NCBI GenBank assembly: GCA_951406725.2
Contig: OX597830.1
Span: forward strand, 30,070,001-30,134,000
Origin: Octopus vulgaris
Lineage: Eukaryota
Length of the DNA stretch: 64,000 nucleotides
Direction: 5' to 3'
Shown: positions 53,296-64,000 of the stretch, piece by piece
Numbering within the stretch: the stretch's first letter is position 1
Layout of the letters: every line of letters begins with the position of its first letter
Translations under genes and position numbers: made by a program
Notes under the pieces: model-generated
Database searches by the model: none
What the model was told of the DNA's origin: nothing
Seen by the model: the letters and a program-made list of their open reading frames with translations, nothing else

Positions 53296-53451
53296 TTATT
53301 TGTATCTCATTTTATTTTTGTAACCATACGACCAAGGTATGTAGGAATCATCATTAGGTCCTCGCATTCCAATGACTTCGTGGAGGGATCCTTGGCTCGT
53401 TCTTCACAGTCGAATGTAACTTCGATCATGGCATTTTTTTCCTCTGGTGAT

Positions 53452-55272
<1,821 letters not shown>

Positions 55273-55778
55273 AAAAAGCTGTGTCTTTCTCTGTGTGTGT
55301 CCATGTTTTTATATATGTACGTGTGAAAGTGCGAATGAGTGTGTATTTCTGTGTCTGTATCTATATCTTTCTCTACATAGGCTTCAGCGTCCAAGTGTTA
55401 TTATCTCCCTTTATTTTCGGCTCAGTCACAAAAAAAAAAACAATGATATATGGGATAGTTTCACATAAATACGGCAAATTTTATATAACCATTTTATGAC
55501 ATATTTGACATTTATGTGGGGTTTCATTAACATCACATAATTGTATATGTGTGTGTTTTTGCGATGTGTATATGTATGAGCGTGTATGCGTTTGTAAGTG
55601 TAAGTGTGGTTGTGTGTATCTTTGAGTAGTTGCCAGTGTATGTAGGGAAATTTCTATATACAAGTATACACACATCAATGTGCATGCTTCATTATTTTTA
55701 CCATTCTCTCTCTATATATATATCTGTCTCTCTGTCTGTCTTTCTCTCTCTCTCTCGATATATATACACAAACATACA

Positions 55779-55838
<60 letters not shown>

Positions 55839-55949
55839 TATGTATGTATGTATATACATATACAGCATATATATGAATATATATACATATGCACATATAT
55901 ACGTATATGCACATATACATATTCGTGTATGCATGTATGTTTGTATTTG

Positions 55950-55988
<39 letters not shown>

Positions 55989-56129
55989 ATGTCTGCGTCT
56001 GCGTCTGTGTGTGTATGTACGTATATATATATAAACAAGTGAGAAGAAATTTATATATATTACGTGTGTTTATTTGGCAAAAATATATAAATAAATGAAT
56101 AAATAAAATGACCATCCCGAAATACAACA

Positions 56130-56168
<39 letters not shown>

Positions 56169-56420
56169 AATATATATATACACATCCATATATATGTATA
56201 TATATATATATGTATGTATATATGTGTGTATATATGTGTGTATATGTATGCATACATATATGTATTTATATATATATATAAATATATATATATATAAATA
56301 TATAAATATAGACATATGTACATATATATATATACGTACACACACATACTTATGCATATATAGAAATTATCATCATCATCATCATCATCATCATCATCGT
56401 CATCACCGTCATCATCACCG

Positions 56421-56462
<42 letters not shown>

Positions 56463-57246
56463 CCGTCATCAGTATCACATTCATAACACTTCATTTATTT
56501 TCTTAGTAGGTTACTCTGTATTTCGATCCCTTTTTTTTTTAATTTCTTTTATTTTTTTATCAAGTACTGAAGAATTTTTGCCATTTTTCTTTTATGGCTG
56601 TAATTTCATATATATATATATTTATTTTTTTGTTCTTTTAAACCTAGAAAAAGCTTATGTTGTCTTAATAACATAATTATAGCTGTCATTATTATTGTTT
56701 ATTATTGCTATTAATATTGTTAATGTTGGATGTACTATTGTTTTGCCAACTGTTGTTTTCTTACATTTTTATTCTTATTACATCGAAAATATTCGTTTAC
56801 GTTTTCATATCACTTCTAGAATGCTGTCAGTGGGTATGGGGTGTGTCTACTGAGCATTTCTTATTAGTTCAAGCATTTATGGTTCCCAGTAACACAGTAC
56901 TTGTTCAGCCTATCTACTTTGCGATCGGGTTTCAATTACCGAATGAAGCTATATTATTTCACTTATGAAAGGCATAAAATTGTCAGAATCATATATATAT
57001 TCTGTAATGAATTTAGGATCTGCTCACAGTGTTCAAAATTGTTATTACATTATAGGAAGGTACTTGAATGATAGAGCGTCAGATAAAATTCTTATATACT
57101 ACCGAGCAATTAGCTGTGTTTGAAAACCTATTGAACTGTTTTGCTCTAAAATATGACACTTCAATCTAGCAAGATAAGGATGACCTTTATGTACTCACTT
57201 GATCTGCTGGAAACGGCAGTCAAATCTATAATTCTCAAACTACTAT

Positions 57247-57601
57247 ACTCTTTTACTTGTTTCAGTCATTTGACTGCGGCCATGCTGGAGCACCGCCTTT
57301 AGTCGAGCAAATCGACCCCGGGACTTATTCTTTGTAAGCCCAGTACTTATTCTATCGGTGTCTTTTTCCGAACCGGTTGTCAAGCAATGCTAGGGGGACA
57401 AACACAGACACACAAACACACACATACATACACATATACGACAGGCTTCTTTCAGTTTCCGTCTACCAAATCCACTCACAAGGCATTGGTCGGCCCGGGG
57501 CTATAGCAAAAGACACTTGCCCAAGATGCCACGCAGTGGGACTGAACCCGGAACCATGTGGTTGGTTAGCAAGCTACTTACCACACAGCCACTCCTGCGC
57601 C
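57247..57601 (-). mobile_element. SINE family A copy with a small internal deletion
   Basis: Near-identical to the reverse complement of 29570-29997. Confidence 0.93.
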
Positions 57602-58007
57602 TATATTTAAAGAAATAGAACAAGCTAGAAAATAACTTGTTTCAAAATCTCGAGTAAGGATATTGTAGTAGAAGGCTACTGTTACAATGTCAGCCATCAC
57701 AGGTCAGCTGGCTACAGTTGACCCATAGCTAAATATCATCAACTGCAACAAACCTAGGTATTTTCAGCCAACCGATGGAGCCGTTGTTATATTAAATTAT
57801 ATATCAATTTATTTTGATAAAGTGGGCACATTCGCTAATATTGCCATGCATATCTCTAAAACAGGATGGTTACAGTTGGAACGTCTTTGATTATATGTAA
57901 ATCTAATGAATAGATGATTCACCTGGCACTAAAACCAACAAACTAACCGTAAGGCCTTTTTTGACCAATGGAAAGTAAAACAATGTAGAATATATATATG
58001 CATACAA

Positions 58008-58051
<44 letters not shown>

Positions 58052-58064
58052 ACACACACACACA

Positions 58065-58145
<81 letters not shown>

Positions 58146-58479
58146 TCTCTGTTAAAAGGCCAGTTACTGTAGTATTTCTGCTGAGATAACATTTCTTATG
58201 AACTGAGTGAGTTAAAAACACAATACGTATATGACAGGAGTGACAGTTCGTTCAGGCAGTGGCCAGTAAGGGGACCAAATATATTTCGGCCATTTTTTAG
58301 GCCTGTGAATATTCACCGCTGAAAATGTCCCTCCAAAAAAACGAACTGCATGTTTACATGTTATTCTCTCTAAATCTCTAAAATAGAGAATCTGTCGAGG
58401 ATTAAGAGTATTCTTTTGTGTATGTCTTTTTCCATAAGTATTGTATAGATTTGTGTCTATGATTAGAAATTATGTATTA

Positions 58480-58933
58480 TCTGTATATGTAAAAAGCAGG
58501 ATGTGTGTGTGTTTGTGTGTGTACGTAAATGTAATTTATGCACGTCCACAAATTAGCACGCATGTCGCTCCAATTTTAGGAGGACATTCGTCATGATACT
58601 AGCTTTATTTTCGTCAACTTATTTTTACAAGAAGCACTAGCGAACAGCATTAAAAATAAATTTTCAACCAAAATTTTTAACAATTTTGAAGTCGGCGAAA
58701 TCACCATTGTTTGCTAACAGGCGTTAAGTCTCCTTCTAGTGATGAGTAAGTTTTTGTAAAGACTTTTGCTGTTTTTTCCATCGAGGAAAAAGTGGTTTTT
58801 TGATATACGGGTAACACACGCATACGCACACACACACACACACATACACACACATACACTCACACACACACACACGAACATGTATGCAATAGGTGTACGT
58901 ACGTACGTGTGTGTATGCGTGCATGTGTGTTGC

Positions 58934-58968
<35 letters not shown>

Positions 58969-59084
58969 AATTTCAACGGATTTCGCCCCAATTTGACGCC
59001 GATGTTAGTTTGGTTTGAAATAAAGAACTTGATTAACTTAATAATCCTAATTTAATCCCGGGCAAAGTCGGGTTATACTACTAG
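58480..59084 (+). mobile_element. Non-autonomous Helitron
   Basis: 5' end A|TCTGTATATGTAAAAAGCAGGATGTGTGTG. 3' hairpin CCCGGGCAAAGTCGGG, then CTAG|T. Confidence 0.7.
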
Positions 59085-59105
59085 TTTATTAAATAAAGTG
59101 AAATA

Positions 59106-59320
59106 CAGTAATTCCTTGCCATATCGCGGTTCACTTAACGCGGTTTATTATTTACGTAGAATTCGATTCCACCGTGGCGTAGTTTTTCAGTTATAATAAA
59201 ATAAATATATGCAAATTATAAAAATAATAAAACAAAATATACAGTACAGTACTCCGCGAATTTTCAGCTATCGCGGTGGGTTTTTGAAACGTAACACCCG
59301 CGGTAGTCGAGGGATTACTG
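59106..59320. mobile_element. pogo/Tigger-like MITE
   Basis: TA|CAGTAATTCCTTG ... CGAGGGATTACTG|TA. Paralog of 41482-41698. Confidence 0.85.
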
Positions 59321-59619
59321 TAATATGATCCGCAGTTTAGATTGTCTTGGGGGATGAAAGTTTGACTCATATGGCTGTTTGTTGACAAGATTTTCCGCCT
59401 TCTAAGGGTAATATTGCACGATTTTTGTACTGTTTTAACGGCGATACAGCGTTCGAAACAATCACTCTCTTGTATTTATCGTACAATACACAATCGGCGC
59501 TTCTAAAAAAATGAATGTAATTTGTTTTACATACACACGTGGTTGTCATATTTTATAACATATTTCTTGAAGAGTTTTATAAAACTGTACTATAATTTAT
59601 AATGCATTTTTCTTTTTCG

Positions 59620-59776
59620 TTCTCTCTCTCGCTCTCCCCTTCTCTCTCTCCCCCTTCTCTCTCTCTTTCTCTCTCTCTCCCTCTATCTCTATCTTTCTCT
59701 CTCTAACTCACTCACTCACTCACTATCTCTCTCTCTAACTCCATCTATCTCTCTAACTCTCTCTGTTCCTATCTAA

Positions 59777-59831
<55 letters not shown>

Positions 59832-59837
59832 CCTCTC
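59620..59837. repeat. (CT)n-rich microsatellite
   Basis: Direct tandem repeat. Confidence 0.9.
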
Positions 59838-60908
59838 ATATGCCCGTATATCTATTGGCATTTACCGGATTTACACACTGTATTATCGCCATAGTGTAAT
59901 TTAGTTCTGTTTTTCTTTGGTCTGTATATGTTTTAATTAAACACCTATTCATAACGTAGATATATAAGCAAAACAATAAAATATATTAAAATAAATACAA
60001 CTACTAATTTTTATTTAATCATATAATTTGTAGTATGTGCTTTGTTAAAGGCATATAAACTAATACATCTGTGAAAAGAATATTAATTTTGTATATTTGT
60101 TTGTATTTTTAATATTTACTTCAGCTTCATTACAAGAACCACCATTGTTTTTGAGATGGGACAAAATGCTTTGAATTTCTTCCGGAACTCGACGTAAAGA
60201 CAAAATGGACGACAGCAGGAGTCGAAAAAAAATATAAACGATCGTTATTATATATGAGGTGTATTATGACGGGTACTGTACCATGTGCGCTGTACTATAC
60301 CCTGCTAATTAAATGAAAATGTTTAATATTCTTATTAAAGAATGTGGTTAATGAAATCACTTGTTCAACTTATTTATGTATTATTTTTACCTTCTTTCTG
60401 TTATTTATTTACTTATAAACATATTTAGCTAATTCTTTAATTAATGTAATATCGCTAATAGAAACGAATAAAACGTACTAAGCTGTGAGGTGAAAGCAGA
60501 ATTTTTTTTTCTTCTTTTTTTGTCAGTAGTTGCTTTCGCAACAACTCAAATAATTCAAATACTTTAAATAATAAGGTTGGAATATGGTAGTTTTTATATT
60601 CTTATATATTAATCAGTTGAAAGGAATAGACAGAAGAGAGCCAAAAATAATATGATGTTACAATGTAAGTAGATTCGTATCTGAGAGTTTTATAGATATC
60701 AGGCAAACATGAAGGCTGTTAGATAAAGGCAGAGATAATGAAAGTGACATACGTACATACATACAGACAGGGGGACAGACAGACAGACGGACAGACAAAC
60801 AGACAGACAGATAGTTAGATAGATAGATAGATTGATAGATAGATAGATAGATAGAGAGATAGATAGATATATAGATAGATAGATAGATATATAGATAGAT
60901 GGTTGGAG

Positions 60909-60972
<64 letters not shown>

Positions 60973-61055
60973 GTTTGGAGAGATAGATAAAAAGATAGAT
61001 AGAGAGTTTGAAATTCCCTATATAGCTATATAAAGCATGTATGTATGCCGGTAAG

Positions 61056-61113
<58 letters not shown>

Positions 61114-61233
61114 TGTATGTATATATATATGTACGTAAATATGTATGTATATATATATCACATATATATATATACACATACACACAAACATTCTATTTAT
61201 ATATGTGTGTTTGTACGTGTGTGTTTCTGTGAT

Positions 61234-61274
<41 letters not shown>

Positions 61275-62541
61275 TGTGTGTGCAACCATTTATATATGCG
61301 GTCAAACGTTAATTTTATGTTGAATTTTAGATTTATCACTTTTAGTTTAGGTGATTTGGTATTCTCTTATGTGTTATTTACTTTTTGCTTGAAACAGTAA
61401 AGTTGCTAGGTCCATCAACGTTTCGAGATATAAACTCTGAGATAAAAAGAAATAACAAATATACCACCTGCATTTACACTAATATCTCTAATACATGGCA
61501 TGATTACTTGGAGAGAAAGCAAATGTCCACAATGAAATAAAATGTCGGCAATGAAATCACTACCTAGAAAAAAACATTTAGATTCTCCTCCTCCGCAAGC
61601 ACTACACAAAGAAATCTGCAAAATAAAACAAATAGTAATCGTCAACGGGTAAAAATCAACAAGCTTGTAGATCAAGCTATAGAACAATATAGAAACAAAT
61701 TAAACGCAGTAAATACATCAGACACTACACCTATTAAAAAGAAACAAACCACACATTAAAATGTAGTAAATGAATCAAATACATACGAGCTATAGAATAG
61801 ATGAAGATGCTATAAAAACACAAAAAAACATCTCCCCATAAATCGAAACACAAAACGCAATGCAGGCACTCATAAAATAATACAAATAGCAAACTACAAA
61901 AAAAAACAAGCTATCGATAACGAGACACAAGCCTGCAAGCCCACAAACATACATACTAATCTCCAATGTAATTTACAAATTTGATTAGAAACGTAAAAGT
62001 TGTAAACTTCAGTAACCTAAATGTTACATTGGCCAAACAAGTTCAACATTCTCCCGCCGGCTCACTATGCATTTACAACACGATACGATAATAACACTGC
62101 ACCACATCACAGAACATAAAATAAAACTTGATTGGAAAACATTAGTAAGCAACGCATCCTTCTAATACAGAATTCTCCATAAAAAAAATAAATGATTAAT
62201 GATGCAAACGATACTAATAGCACAACACAGTGCTTAAAATCCACGCGCTGGTAGCACACACGCACTTTATACAATTGATTGCTACTTCCTTAATGGAGAA
62301 AGAAAACGCTCAACGATCAACAATTCAGCTCTAAGCAGTAATATCACCTGCCCAAATATGTATTTTATTGTGTCTGCACAATAGAAGTCACACGTCAACA
62401 AAAACTGCTTCACCGGGTGGGGAAGACCGTATGGATCTATATGCCTTGGTATGCTTATTATCTTTACTGCTTTAAACTATAGACAAGACATACCTAAATA
62501 TTAAAAAAACAATGAGTAAAGAGATCAAATTAAAAGATAGC

Positions 62542-62995
62542 GGCACAGTTCTGGCTATGTAGTAAAACGTTTCCTCCCTAACCACTTTTCCCAGTTCAGA
62601 CCCACTGCGTCACACATAGGCCAAGTGCCTTGTATTATGTCCCCGGACTGAGCAAACTCTTCTCAGTGGTTTTGGTAGACGGAAACTGAAAGAAGCCCGT
62701 CGTACATGTGTGCGTGTGTGTGTGTTTGTGTGCGTGAATGTGTGTGCGCGTGCGTGTGTAGATGCGTGTGTGTGCATGTGTGTATCATTGTGTCTGTGTC
62801 TTCCGTCTACCAACGCTTGATAGCCCATAGTTGTGCGTTTACGTCCCCGTAAACTAGCACTTCATTAAAAGAGGCTGGTGGAATAATTACCAGGCTTTAG
62901 AAAATAAGTATTGATGTCGATACGTTCGACTAAGATTCATTAAGACAGTGCTCCAGCGTGGTCGTAGTCTAATGACTGAGAAAAACTAAATGACC
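62542..62995 (+). mobile_element. SINE family A, diverged
   Basis: Head, GGTAGACGGAAACTGAAAGAAGCCCGTCG, internal (TG)n and 3' module are all present. Confidence 0.85.
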
Positions 62996-63273
62996 AAAGA
63001 TAGATAGTCATGATTTTACAATACCACAAGTAATGTGTGTGAACTTATGTATATATTTCTGTATGTGAAAATACCTATATTTTTATGAACAGATCTGTTT
63101 TCTTTTGCATTCTATATACACTAAGGGGTCTATCCAACTACAGAGTTATTGAAACTTGGATTGTCATATGAGATTGCCTTACGAGGTGCCCCTTTTTAAA
63201 ATATACAGGTACACATATTGACATCTGTAAAATAACTGGATTCGTGTCAAAATATGAAACCACTACAAATATA

Positions 63274-63331
63274 CTAGCAGAAATACCCGGTATTGCTCTG
63301 GATTAAAATGGCATAGTTTGTATATATATAT

Positions 63332-63372
<41 letters not shown>

Positions 63373-63835
63373 AGCTATGTTCAAACAGGTGAACGGTAAA
63401 GTGCAGCATTGACAAAACTTTTGTGGAATAAATGTTAAAACTTACATAAATGACAATTTGGACGTAATTAAAATGTTTATAAGAATGGGATCATATCTGA
63501 ATATTTCTTTTATTTTCTCCGACTGATTCTTTTATGGATCATATTTGAACGTAGCTCCAAGAGTTGTGAAAAACGAATTTGTACGTGGTCTGTTTTTGAG
63601 GGCTATTCTATTGAACTTCAGTGTAATCTGGCCTGGTAAACGTTGTTTTAATGATTCAGTATTAAGTGTTGTAGCATGCCTTTGCTGATCTTGGGAAAGT
63701 CTCATCTTCCTTCTCTCTTGAGACTCCATTAGACTTGCTGCAGTATGCCTTTGCTGGTCTTGAGAAAGTTTCATCTCCCTTCTGTCCTGAGACTCTGTTC
63801 GACGTTTAAGAATGTATTGGGAACAGATGGTGGGG
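63274..63835 (-). mobile_element. Helitron remnant with N-terminal repeat (STPR-like) coding fragment and 3' terminus
   Basis: Minus-strand 3' end is CCAGAGCAATACCGGG...CTGCTAG|T. ORF 63532..63855 has two ESQ.RR.M.LSQDQQRH repeats followed by ATFKYDP, as in Helitron Rep-helicase N-termini. Confidence 0.7.
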
Positions 63836-63879
63836 TTACGAACACACACATACACTCACGCCTCCGCAAGTACACTACT

Positions 63880-63955
63880 ATACACACATACATGACAGTG
63901 TTCTTTCAGTTTTTGTATATAAAATCCACACACAAAGGCTTTGGTGGGCCAGAGG

Positions 63956-63960
<5 letters not shown>
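63880..63960 (-). mobile_element. SINE family A fragment
   Basis: TTCTTTCAGTTTT...AAATCCAC...AAGGCTTTGGTGGGCCAGAGGCTATA. Confidence 0.7.

Positions 63961-64000
<40 letters not shown>

Noticed and set aside
58243-58348. Small MITE suggested by CAGTTCGTT / AACGAACTG
   Set aside because: Only a 9-bp inverted match, with no TSD and no second copy in the window.
61413-61445. Hammerhead relic GAG(tttatat)CTC-GAAACGTT on the minus strand
   Set aside because: No CTGANGA core and no stem I.

Overview
This is AT-rich, microsatellite-saturated animal DNA. The tRNA-derived SINE families, with Penelope, RTE, L1/Tx1, mariner and Helitron debris, look like an Octopus (coleoid cephalopod) intergenic or intronic region; this is inferred from the repeats only. 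I found no recognisable host protein-coding gene, tRNA/rRNA gene or CRISPR array. Almost every ORF in the supplied track is a translated microsatellite. Real coding signal is limited to transposon remnants: a Penelope GIY-YIG end and an RT-thumb fragment, three RTE LINE 3' ends, two Tc1/mariner transposase fragments, two related L1/Tx1-type ORF1 (zinc-knuckle) sequences and a Helitron N-terminal repeat region. Four observations stand out. (1) A 1.54-kb retro-insertion (48596-50133) is bounded by a 16-bp target-site duplication (TSD) and carries a whole ORF1, a 3' stem-loop and a terminal AATAAA but no ORF2. It is a candidate 'half-LINE' (HAL1-like) non-autonomous element, and a relative that still begins ORF2 lies 2 kb away. 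(2) An RTE insertion carries at its 5' end a 120-bp inverted copy of its own downstream flank, inside a 12-bp TSD (21450-22024). (3) Several minimal Penelope-type hammerhead ribozyme motifs with different palindromic stem III sequences occur, one with an intact core (47739-47834). (4) One SINE family forms head-to-tail concatemers with a recurrent junction.
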